In this document: in pieces, positions 29,469 through 38,847 of the stretch
Position numbering within the stretch: position 1 is the first letter of the stretch
Layout: each line of letters opens with the position of its first letter
Assembly (NCBI GenBank): GCA_965372795.1
Contig: CBDVDR010000014.1
Span: forward strand, 1 to 64,000
DNA from: an uncultured bacterium
GTDB lineage: Bacteria; Zixibacteria; MSB-5A5; GN15; FEB-12
DNA: 64,000 bases
Direction: 5' to 3'
The notes under the pieces: generated by a model
Told to the model about the DNA's origin: nothing
Seen by the model: the letters and a program-made list of their open reading frames with translations, nothing else
Databases searched by the model: none
Made by a program: the position numbers and the translations under genes

Positions 29469-32315
29469 ATGAAAGACCACCGAGAAACTAAAAAGCAACT
29501 AATCAAAACAATAAAGACGCTGCGTCAACAGCTCAGTAATTTTCAATCTGGTGATAATTCAGACCAATTTAATAATCATAAAAGTTCGGATATAAAATTG
29601 ACTCCGCCAACGAATTCCCCCAATAATGAATTTGAATATTTATTTAACGAATCACAACTCGTTGCCAAACTTGGCACATATTTACTGGATATAAAAACCG
29701 GAGTATGGACAAGTTCTGATATGTTAAACATCATTTTTGGGATTGATGATAATTACATAAAAGATAATAATGGGTGGTTTCAAATACTTCATCTTGATTA
29801 TAAGGAAGAATTACAACATTATTTTCTAAATGATGTATTAAAGAATAAAGAAAATTTTGATAAAGAATATAAAATTATAAGTTTTGATGATAAAAGAGAA
29901 AAATGGGTTCATGGATTAGGGGAGCTCAAATTTGATTCGGATGGAAATCCAGTTAGTATGCTTGGAACGATTCAGGATATAACCGAGCGAAAACTATCGG
30001 AAGAAATAATACGAAAATCTGAAGAACGACTTAGAACTCATTTAGAACAATCGCCTCTGGGTTATATCGAATTTGACTCAGAATTTAATATAAAGGAATG
30101 GAATAAATCAGCAGAGGTTATATTTGGATATACCAAAGAAGAAATCCTCGATAACCATGGCTCGTTGTTAATACCAGAGCATCTAAAAAAAGAATTTTTT
30201 ATTACTTTTAATGAGTTATTGAATTTCCGAGGAAAGAAACTATATACCTATCCCAATATAACTAAAACAGGTGAAACAATTATATGTGAGTGGTATAATA
30301 CACCGTTGATTAATTCAAATGGCAGTACCCTTGGAGTTGCCTCTTTAGTTATTGATGTTACTAAACAGAAACAAGCAGAAAAATCATTACTAAAAAGTGA
30401 AGAGTTTAGCAGGGCATTAATAGAAAATTCTCCGTTAGGAATATCGGTTAGAAATACTTATGGAAAATTATTGAGTGTTAACAAAGCCTGGCAAAATATC
30501 TGGGGAATATCGAATGCTCAGGTAAAAGAATTTATGTCAATAGATCCAAAAGAATTACTTTTTAACGATCAAGATCGTTATATCAACAGATGGATTCCTC
30601 AATTAGAAAAGGTATACAAAGAGGGCGGACAATTTTATATCCCTGAGTTACCTCTAACTACTCAAAGCTCAACCGGAACGAAATGGGTATCGCAAACTTT
30701 TTATTCTATCAATAATGAGAATAATTCAGTAGATCATGTGGTTATTATAACTCATGATATTACCGAACGAAAAGAAGCTGAGATGGCAGTAATTGAGAGT
30801 GAAGAAAAATTTAAGAATATTGCCAATCATATGTTTGATGTCATAACAACTATAGATTTATCAGGTAAATTATTATATGTCTCACCTTCAATTAGAAGAG
30901 TCTTCGGTTATACTCCTGAAAATCTAATAGGCAAGAATATCATGGAATTTGTCCCCGGTGATGAAATCCCCCATGCTCTGGAATCTTTTGATATGAGTGC
31001 TCAAGGAAAATTGGTTGAACATTTCCCCTCTGAGTTTATCAAGAAGGATAATTCGATTGCAAAAATTCAAGTAAATGCATTACCTGTTTATAAAGATGGC
31101 GAGATTATTGGGGCACAAGCAATTCTTCATGATGTAACTGAGGAAACAAGGCTTCAGGAACTTGAATCCCGCGCTCAGCGTCTTGAGGCTGCCGGGAGTA
31201 TCGCCGGTCAAATAGCTCATGATTTTAATAATTTGCTGGCACCTATGACAGCCTATCCCGATTTTATAAGAGAAGAACTTCCGGAAGGCCATCCAGCCTT
31301 AGAGTATCTTGATGATATTGAACGCTCTGCTTATCAGATTGCTGATATCAATCAGCAACTATTGACATTAGGCAGGCGGGGCCATTATAATCAGGAACCT
31401 TTAAATTTGAACGATATCATCCCCTTTGCCATAAAGGAAAATGTTAAGATAACAGACAGCTTAATTTGCAAGTTGGATCTTGCCGGCGACTTAAAGAATA
31501 TGATGGGTGGTAATGCACAAATTTATAGAGTAATATCCAATTTATTGATAAATGCCAGTGATGCGGTTCATGGTTCCGGGAAAATAATAATTAAGACAGA
31601 AAATATAAATCTTATAAAAGTATCTTCAAAAATCAATCAAGTTCCTAAAGGCAGCTATGTAAAGCTGACAGTTAAAGATAATGGCTATGGCATACCGGAA
31701 GATAAGATTACAAAAATATTTGATCCTTTCTTTACCCTTAAAACAACCGATAAAAAACGCGGTTCGGGTCTTGGCTTAAGTGTCGTGGATACGGTTGTCA
31801 AAGATCATGATGGCTATATTGACCTGATTACAAAAGAGGGAGTCGGCACATCATTCTATATTTATTTCCCTATCACAAATGATTCAGTAAAACCGGAAGA
31901 GGTGGAATCATTCTTAGGGGGGAATGAATCTTTGCTGGTTGTTGATGACGATAATGTCCAAAGAGAAGTAACTTGTAAGCTTCTTAACAAGTTAGGTTAT
32001 AATATCACCACGGTGAATAGTGGTGAAAAGGCGATTGAAATTTTAAAACTAAACCAGTTTGATCTTCTAATTCTCGACATGGTTATGCCTTTGGGAATAG
32101 ATGGAGCTACAACTTACCAGAAAGCTCTGGAAATAAATCCAGATCAAAAAGCTATAATCGTCTCTGGATATTCAGAAACTGATCGCGTTACAAAAGCTCA
32201 ATCATTCGGTGCCGGTGAGTTTATTAAAAAACCATTGACTCAAAAAATTATCGCTAAGGCTGTTAGAAAAGAACTTAACAGAAAAATGAGTGAATGTTTA
32301 ATCGCTGAATATTAA
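29469..32315 (+). CDS. Cytoplasmic hybrid histidine kinase (4 PAS, HisKA, HATPase, REC)
   Basis: No TM segment; IAHDFNN, NLLINA, DNGYGI, GSGLGL, receiver domain. Confidence 0.95.
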   Translation: MKDHRETKKQLIKTIKTLRQQLSNFQSGDNSDQFNNHKSSDIKLTPPTNSPNNEFEYLFNESQLVAKLGTYLLDIKTGVWTSSDMLNIIFGIDDNYIKDNNGWFQILHLDYKEELQHYFLNDVLKNKENFDKEYKIISFDDKREKWVHGLGELKFDSDGNPVSMLGTIQDITERKLSEEIIRKSEERLRTHLEQSPLGYIEFDSEFNIKEWNKSAEVIFGYTKEEILDNHGSLLIPEHLKKEFFITFNELLNFRGKKLYTYPNITKTGETIICEWYNTPLINSNGSTLGVASLVIDVTKQKQAEKSLLKSEEFSRALIENSPLGISVRNTYGKLLSVNKAWQNIWGISNAQVKEFMSIDPKELLFNDQDRYINRWIPQLEKVYKEGGQFYIPELPLTTQSSTGTKWVSQTFYSINNENNSVDHVVIITHDITERKEAEMAVIESEEKFKNIANHMFDVITTIDLSGKLLYVSPSIRRVFGYTPENLIGKNIMEFVPGDEIPHALESFDMSAQGKLVEHFPSEFIKKDNSIAKIQVNALPVYKDGEIIGAQAILHDVTEETRLQELESRAQRLEAAGSIAGQIAHDFNNLLAPMTAYPDFIREELPEGHPALEYLDDIERSAYQIADINQQLLTLGRRGHYNQEPLNLNDIIPFAIKENVKITDSLICKLDLAGDLKNMMGGNAQIYRVISNLLINASDAVHGSGKIIIKTENINLIKVSSKINQVPKGSYVKLTVKDNGYGIPEDKITKIFDPFFTLKTTDKKRGSGLGLSVVDTVVKDHDGYIDLITKEGVGTSFYIYFPITNDSVKPEEVESFLGGNESLLVVDDDNVQREVTCKLLNKLGYNITTVNSGEKAIEILKLNQFDLLILDMVMPLGIDGATTYQKALEINPDQKAIIVSGYSETDRVTKAQSFGAGEFIKKPLTQKIIAKAVRKELNRKMSECLIAEY

Positions 32316-32468
32316 TAACTATATTTATTTATTTAATTCAATTTTGTAAAAGATTAGTTGCATCCAAAATTAAAATCCAATAACTTTCTTAAGAATATCT
32401 ATTAAACAACAAGTAGAATTTGATACAGAACTTTTTATACTTAATAGTTTTGAACAGGAGATCAAAAT

Positions 32469-33137
32469 ATGAAAAGAACAGCAATTTTTGCCATGGTAGG
32501 TTTGATTCTGATAGGATCTTTCGGGTGTGGTGCCTGGAAAAAAAGAGACAAAGGCGCATTAATCGGTGCCGGTGCGGGAGCTGTAATTGGTGGTATCATT
32601 GGCGATAAAGCCGGTAATACTGCGGTTGGGGCAATCATCGGAGCCGCAGTTGGCGGAGCTGCCGGAGCCTATATAGGTAATTATATGGATAATCAAGCAG
32701 CGGAAATTCAAAGAGATTTAGAAGGTGCCAGAGTCGAAAGGATCGGTGAAGGGATTAAAATTACCTTTGATTCCGGTATTCTGTTTGATATCAATTCTTC
32801 ATCATTGAGACCGATTGCTAAAGATAACTTGGGTAATCTTGCCGGTATTTTAAATAAATATTCAGATACAGAGATTCTTGTAGAAGGTCATACTGATGCC
32901 ACCGGCTCAAACGATCATAATCTGAACCTGTCTATGCGTCGGGCTCAATCAGTTTCCAACTATATGACTACTCTGGAAGTTTTCTCTAACCGATTTAGAA
33001 TTATGGGATATGGCGAAGATCAACCAATCGCCAGTAATGATACAGAATCAGGACGTCAGGACAACCGCCGGGTTGAAATAGCTATCTTTGCTAATGATAA
33101 ACTTAAAGATGCTGCAAAGGCTAAAACTGAAGGATAA
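32469..33137 (+). CDS. OmpA-family lipoprotein with glycine zipper (YiaD-like)
   Basis: SFGC lipobox, GALIGAGAGA zipper, EGHTD, NLSMRRA, NRRVEI. Confidence 0.93.
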   Translation: MKRTAIFAMVGLILIGSFGCGAWKKRDKGALIGAGAGAVIGGIIGDKAGNTAVGAIIGAAVGGAAGAYIGNYMDNQAAEIQRDLEGARVERIGEGIKITFDSGILFDINSSSLRPIAKDNLGNLAGILNKYSDTEILVEGHTDATGSNDHNLNLSMRRAQSVSNYMTTLEVFSNRFRIMGYGEDQPIASNDTESGRQDNRRVEIAIFANDKLKDAAKAKTEG

Positions 33138-33159
33138 ACTTCAAATTCTATTTTACTTT

Positions 33160-33189
33160 AAGGCTGGAATTTATTCCAGCCTTTTTTTT
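33160..33189 (+). terminator. Intrinsic terminator after the OmpA-family gene
   Basis: AAGGCTGGAAT-TT-ATTCCAGCCTT followed by a T tract. Confidence 0.85.
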
Positions 33190-33273
33190 GTTGAATCTTC
33201 TCTATTAAAGAGGTTAAACTTGTGGAGTTTAATGAATTTAATAACTTTGCATTTTTGAATTAGAGATAGACTT

Positions 33274-34515
33274 TTGCATAATAGAAACTTCAATATCTTT
33301 CGATACCCCATCAGTATAGGTTTAATTTTAGCAATATTATTGATTATTAGCAATGGAACTGCTAATTCGATTGAGTTGCGGGGGAAATTTAACTCTGATT
33401 TATATATCTGGACAGACAGTTCCGAATCCCATTTCAGACCGTATGAACAATTAAGAACCGATATTATTTTTTCAAGACCATCCCGAGGCAAACAGATATC
33501 TTTTCACTCAAATATCAGATGGAGAAACGATTTTCAGGATCAGCTCCCGGATGACCCTCAATTATTTATTTATGATGGTTTCTTAAGAATTGAAAACATG
33601 ATCGGGTCAAGCCTGATACAATTAGGCCGTCAATATTATTACAATGGTGCCGGAAGCGCCCATTTTGACGGACTTAGAACTCAATACAAATTCGGTAAAA
33701 AGTTTAAAGTTAATTTTTTTGGAGGAAGCCGGGTAAACCGTCTTGACCCTGAGACAATTAAATCATTTTCAGAATCCGGAATTATGGGGAGTAAACTTCA
33801 AATATCCGGAATCAGAAGAACAAATTTGAACTTTAGCTGGCTGGCAAAGCTCGAAGAAGATAATATTGTTTATAATAAAGCCACAATAGATATTAAAAAA
33901 AGAAGCCGGTTTTGGGTTTTTTATGGTAAAGCAGGATTTAATATTCTCAATAAGCGATTATCGGATATTTTATCCCGCGCAATTTTCACAAATAATGAAT
34001 GGCGGATTTCTGCTGAATACAGCAAACGAGAACCTTCTCTGTTTGGAAATACAATTTTCTCTATCATTGACTATAAAAAAAATAAAACTCTAAGATTAAA
34101 TCTGAATCGTCATATTAATAGCAGGTTATCAATATTTAGCCGTTATCAAGTAAGTTTTTTCTCAGCTGAAAACTCGCGCTTGTACAATTTTGGTTTCAGT
34201 TTTAAAAATATTACTCTCTCCTATTATAAACAGACCGGGTATGGTGGAAAAAATAGCGGATTTTCAGGATCGGCATATCACTCATTAAACAGTAACTGGC
34301 AAACTTATGCTCGATTCAATTTAAGTAAATATAAAATTCAATCACTTCAGTCTGATAATTACAAAGCCTATACAGCGGCTTTTGGAATGGACAGGAAATT
34401 TACCGGAGGCTGGGTAGTCAGAGGTGAATATCAATATTTGAAGAATGCGATTAGCAATAATGATGTTCGGTTGTACTTCAGGGTAAGTAAGAATTTTGTT
34501 TTAGGGAAGATATAA
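33274..34515 (+). CDS. Putative outer-membrane beta-barrel porin of a porin-cytochrome complex
   Basis: Signal peptide; alternating aromatic-rich strands; LGRQY..HFDG; terminal strand YFRVSKNF; 5 bp upstream of a multiheme cytochrome. Confidence 0.75.
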   Translation: MHNRNFNIFRYPISIGLILAILLIISNGTANSIELRGKFNSDLYIWTDSSESHFRPYEQLRTDIIFSRPSRGKQISFHSNIRWRNDFQDQLPDDPQLFIYDGFLRIENMIGSSLIQLGRQYYYNGAGSAHFDGLRTQYKFGKKFKVNFFGGSRVNRLDPETIKSFSESGIMGSKLQISGIRRTNLNFSWLAKLEEDNIVYNKATIDIKKRSRFWVFYGKAGFNILNKRLSDILSRAIFTNNEWRISAEYSKREPSLFGNTIFSIIDYKKNKTLRLNLNRHINSRLSIFSRYQVSFFSAENSRLYNFGFSFKNITLSYYKQTGYGGKNSGFSGSAYHSLNSNWQTYARFNLSKYKIQSLQSDNYKAYTAAFGMDRKFTGGWVVRGEYQYLKNAISNNDVRLYFRVSKNFVLGKI

Positions 34516-34520
34516 AGATA

Positions 34521-35570
34521 ATGAGAAAAATAATCGGGCTTGGTCTTATATTATTATTAATGGTAAGTTTAAGCTGGGCGAGCTATAACCGGCTTGAAGC
34601 ACGATTGGTTATCCCGGAAACAAGTTTGATATTTTCCCATTCTTTTCATGTTGATGAACAGGAGATTGAATGTACCTCCTGTCACCCGGAGATTGAAAAC
34701 AGCAAGCTGTCCTCCGATAGAAATCTGCCAACTATGGAAGAGTGTGAAGCCTGTCATGATGTTGATGATGATGAAACCTGTGGGATGTGTCATAAAGTTG
34801 CCGATGAACCGGAAGAATTAATTAACCCGGACAGACCAATAGATTTCAATCATGAGCTGCATCTATCTTCAGGGATGGAGTGTTCTGGCTGTCATGGTGA
34901 GGTTGGCAAAGTAGAAATCCTTACCGATGATAATCTCCCGGATAAGAAAACATGCATGAACTGTCATAATAATGTTAAGGCGGATGGCTCCTGTGAAAAA
35001 TGTCACAGCGACAAAATAACGCTTACAGACATACACCCCAAAGAGTGGCGGCATACCCATGCGGAGAATATAAATTTTGACAACGAATGGTGCAGTAACT
35101 GCCATAAAATAGAACGTGATTGTCTTGAGTGCCACAAAGGTGACAACACTACCGGAAAGATTCACGACCTGAACTATCGTTTGACTCATGGACTTGATGC
35201 TAACAGCAAAGCTCTTGATTGTCAAAAATGTCACGACCGTGAAAATTTCTGTAACACCTGTCATATTCGTGAACTTCGACTGCCGTTGAATCATTCGTCA
35301 CTTGGATGGATAGGACAACATTCTCAAGCAGCAAAAAATGATATTGAAAATTGCGCTTCCTGCCATATGTCTGATGATTTAACCTGCGCCCGAGCCGGAT
35401 GTCATTCTGATTTTGACGGGATCAGGGGAACTGACCCTAAAATTCATATTAGCGGAGCCGAACAGTTTGAATCCGAGGGAGATTGGCATAATGACAATAA
35501 TTTTTATTGTTAAAAATGTCATACTCGTTCAAACCAAACAGAAATAGGATTTTGTTCTTATTGTCATTAA
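34521..35570 (+). CDS. Periplasmic multiheme c-type cytochrome (c7/c3-like modules), interrupted by an in-frame TAA at 35511-35513
   Basis: 11 CxxCH plus 1 CX4CH before the stop. The frame continues C*KCHTRSNQTEIGFCSYCH to TAA at 35568-35570, giving 14 motifs if intact. Confidence 0.9.
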
Positions 35571-35594
35571 TGATGATAGGATACCGGGAGTTAA

Positions 35595-38500
35595 TTGATG
35601 CTGATTAAAAATATGATTAAAATTTTCATATTAGGGATAATATTCTGTTTTTTTATTATAGCAGGGTGCAGTGATAAAAATGATTTTCAGAATGAATCCC
35701 ATCCGGATTCCTGGATGGATGTTAATTCATCTGATTTCCATGGTCATGTTACCCTTGTAAACGGAGATGATCATTGCAAACGCTGCCATGGAGATGATCT
35801 CAATGGCGGTGATGTGGAAATATCCTGCGTTGATTGTCATCAGCACGAAAATGCCTGTTCAAGCTGTCACGGTGGAAAAGATAATCTGACCGGCGCCCCG
35901 CCATTTGGATTACATGGTGAAATAGATGATACAACTTTAGCCGTTGGCGCCCATACGGCTCATGTCGAATCCGGTGAAATTGCAGCAGCTTTAAATTGCG
36001 AAGTTTGTCACATCATGCCGACAACAATGATGGATTCGGCTCATTTCAATTTTGTACTTATTGACAGCATCTTAATATTAGATTCGATAGCAGAAATTAA
36101 TTGGAGCGGTATCGCCGGAGAAGATGCTGATTGGGGCAGATCTGATAGAAAATGCAACAACACTTATTGTCATGGTAATTTTTCAGGCGGTGACAGTTTA
36201 AACTCCCCGGTCTGGACGGATGCAAATCAAGCTGAGTGCGGTTCATGTCATGATGCTGGTACTGATCCGGCAAGTCTGTTATGGCATCATGAATTTCATA
36301 TTTCAACTGCTGGCTTAAATTGTTCAGATTGTCATGCCGGTGTTGTCGATTCCTTGTTGAACATTACTGATATCAGTCTTCATGTGAACGGTCTTGTTGA
36401 TACATTGGTAAACGATATTTCCCTATGCAGCAGCTGTCATGGAAGCGGATCGGCATCCTGCACCGGATGTCACGGCGGGACCGATAATTTATCCGGGGCT
36501 CCCCCGTTTGGGTTGCATAGTGAAACAGCTACAACCGAAAGAGCTGTCGGAGCCCATACCGCTCATCTATCAGATAGTGATATTACGGATGCTTTTGAAT
36601 GTTCCAGTTGTCATTTGGTTCCGAATTTCCTATCAGATGAAGGTCATCTGGGTGATGATTCAATAGCCGAAGTTTCATGGAGTTTCCTTGCCGGAGAACA
36701 AACTATCTGGGATCGTGACATTCAAACTTGTTCAAATTCTTATTGTCATGGTAATTTTACCGGCGGTTATGATTCCAATTCTCCAAGATGGAATCAGGAA
36801 AATCAGGCTGAATGCGGATCATGTCATAATGTTGGAAGTCGTCCAAGTGACCTGGGTTGGAAGCATGAGTTCCATATCACCTCAGCCGGCTTGGATTGCA
36901 GTAACTGTCATTCAACAGTTATAGATTCAAATTTAGTAATAACCGATATAACTTTGCACGTCAACGGTAATGTTGACACCTTGACATCTGATACAACCTT
37001 ATGTGTCAGCTGTCATAGTGATGGAGCCCTCTCATGTACCGGCTGTCATGGCGGTGATTTAAATGATACCGGTGCCCCTCCCAAAGGATTAAGCGGTGAA
37101 ACGGCTACTACTGATCTTGCTGTTGGTGCCCACACTGCTCATGTCAGTGGTGGATCAATCGCCAATGCGATGACCTGTGCTGCCTGCCATTTGGAGCCGG
37201 ACAACATAGCCTCCCCCGGACATTTAGACCCTGATTCAATCGCGGAATTAACCTGGGGCGATATATCAGGCGATCAATCTATCTGGAACCGCAGTAATGC
37301 CAAATGCAGTAATGTTTATTGTCATGGTAATTTCACCGGAGGTAATAATGCCAATGCACCAATCTGGACAGGAACCGATCAAGCATCCTGCGGATCATGC
37401 CATAATGTTGATAACAATTATGCCAACTTAAAATGGGAGCATCAACTTCATATAGAAATCGGCGGACTTGCGTGCGATGATTGTCATTCCTCGGTTGTTA
37501 ATACCAGTTTACAAATAATAAACACTTCTTTGCATGTTAACGGCTCGGTTGATCTGCTGACTAAAGATCAGGCAAAGTGTGATGTATGTCATAAGCCGGG
37601 AGCGGTGTTGTGCACGATGTGTCATGGCGGTATCGATAATCAAAGCGGGGCGCCTCCCACATCATTAACCGGAGAAACTCTGCCAAGTCACATTTCAGTT
37701 GGAGCACATAGTTCACACATAGACGGCAATGTTTTATCTGATGGGGTTGAGTGCAACGACTGTCATGAGGTTCCGGTCGCTGTTTTAGAAGCCGGACATA
37801 TTGATGCTGATTCAATTGCAGAATTAAGTTTCAATGGAATCTCGGGTTTCCAATCCGATTGGGATCGAGTTTCGGAAAGTTGTTCTGATACTTATTGTCA
37901 TGGGAATTTTAACGGCGGGAATTCTTCGAACAGTCCAAGCTGGACCGGATTAAATCAGGCAGAATGCGGATCGTGCCATAATGATGGTTCTCAGCCTGAT
38001 GAGCTTAAATGGAAACATAAATATCATATCACTGATTTAAATTTTGAATGTGTCGATTGTCATGCAAATGTGGTGGATCTTGATAATAATATTATCGGCT
38101 TTGACCTGCATATAAACGGTGTTGCCGATACACTGGCGAATAATCCGGCGGCGTGTAATGCCTGTCATGGTCCTGTAGGAGTTACTTGTACTTTCTGTCA
38201 TGGTGGTACTGATAATATCACAGGCGCACCTCCCCAAGGTCTCGATGATGAAGTAGCTACATCCGAACTGGCGGTTGGTGCCCATACTATCCACTTGGAC
38301 GGTGGGTCAAAGTCTCATTCGTTTGAATGCAGCACTTGTCATCTCGTTCCAGTTGTAGCTTTAGATTTAAGTGAAGCCCATTATATGGAAGTTGAACCTG
38401 ATGACATTGCAGAAATTATCTGGGGTGGATTATCCGGTGAAAATGCAAACTGGGACCGTAACGATTCGACCTGTAGCGGGACCTATTGTCATGGAGATTT

Positions 38501-38819
38501 CCGAGGTGGTAACCAAGCTAACTCACCGAACTGGACTGGAGGTTCGGTAGAAGGTCAATGCGGTTCTTGTCACGCCTTTACAATTGAAAATTCTAACTTG
38601 CTGCTTGATAAACATGAAAAGCATGTTAAGGATGAAGATATTGAATGTTACCAATGTCATAATTTAACAGTTGATCAGAATTTAATTATAATCGGTCATA
38701 GGTATCATGTTGACGGTATTAACACTGTTAGCTTTTCATCCGAAGAAGGCAGTTTTGATGGTGCCGGATGCTCCGGTGTTATAAGCTGTCACGGTGATAA
38801 TGAATCTAAGGACTGGTAA
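35595..38819 (+). CDS. Large multiheme c-type cytochrome lipoprotein (Geobacter-type CxxxxCH..CxxCH repeats)
   Basis: IIAGC lipobox; hand count of 26 CxxCH, 5 CX4CH and 1 CX5CH; five tandem repeats. Likely start ATG 35598. Confidence 0.95.
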   Translation: MMLIKNMIKIFILGIIFCFFIIAGCSDKNDFQNESHPDSWMDVNSSDFHGHVTLVNGDDHCKRCHGDDLNGGDVEISCVDCHQHENACSSCHGGKDNLTGAPPFGLHGEIDDTTLAVGAHTAHVESGEIAAALNCEVCHIMPTTMMDSAHFNFVLIDSILILDSIAEINWSGIAGEDADWGRSDRKCNNTYCHGNFSGGDSLNSPVWTDANQAECGSCHDAGTDPASLLWHHEFHISTAGLNCSDCHAGVVDSLLNITDISLHVNGLVDTLVNDISLCSSCHGSGSASCTGCHGGTDNLSGAPPFGLHSETATTERAVGAHTAHLSDSDITDAFECSSCHLVPNFLSDEGHLGDDSIAEVSWSFLAGEQTIWDRDIQTCSNSYCHGNFTGGYDSNSPRWNQENQAECGSCHNVGSRPSDLGWKHEFHITSAGLDCSNCHSTVIDSNLVITDITLHVNGNVDTLTSDTTLCVSCHSDGALSCTGCHGGDLNDTGAPPKGLSGETATTDLAVGAHTAHVSGGSIANAMTCAACHLEPDNIASPGHLDPDSIAELTWGDISGDQSIWNRSNAKCSNVYCHGNFTGGNNANAPIWTGTDQASCGSCHNVDNNYANLKWEHQLHIEIGGLACDDCHSSVVNTSLQIINTSLHVNGSVDLLTKDQAKCDVCHKPGAVLCTMCHGGIDNQSGAPPTSLTGETLPSHISVGAHSSHIDGNVLSDGVECNDCHEVPVAVLEAGHIDADSIAELSFNGISGFQSDWDRVSESCSDTYCHGNFNGGNSSNSPSWTGLNQAECGSCHNDGSQPDELKWKHKYHITDLNFECVDCHANVVDLDNNIIGFDLHINGVADTLANNPAACNACHGPVGVTCTFCHGGTDNITGAPPQGLDDEVATSELAVGAHTIHLDGGSKSHSFECSTCHLVPVVALDLSEAHYMEVEPDDIAEIIWGGLSGENANWDRNDSTCSGTYCHGDFRGGNQANSPNWTGGSVEGQCGSCHAFTIENSNLLLDKHEKHVKDEDIECYQCHNLTVDQNLIIIGHRYHVDGINTVSFSSEEGSFDGAGCSGVISCHGDNESKDW

Positions 38820-38847
38820 AAGTCTTCATATTTAACAGATAATATTA

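Noticed and set aside
35511..35513. Stop-codon reassignment or Sec/Pyl recoding
   Set aside because: The codon is TAA, the dominant true stop in this window; Sec uses TGA and Pyl uses TAG.
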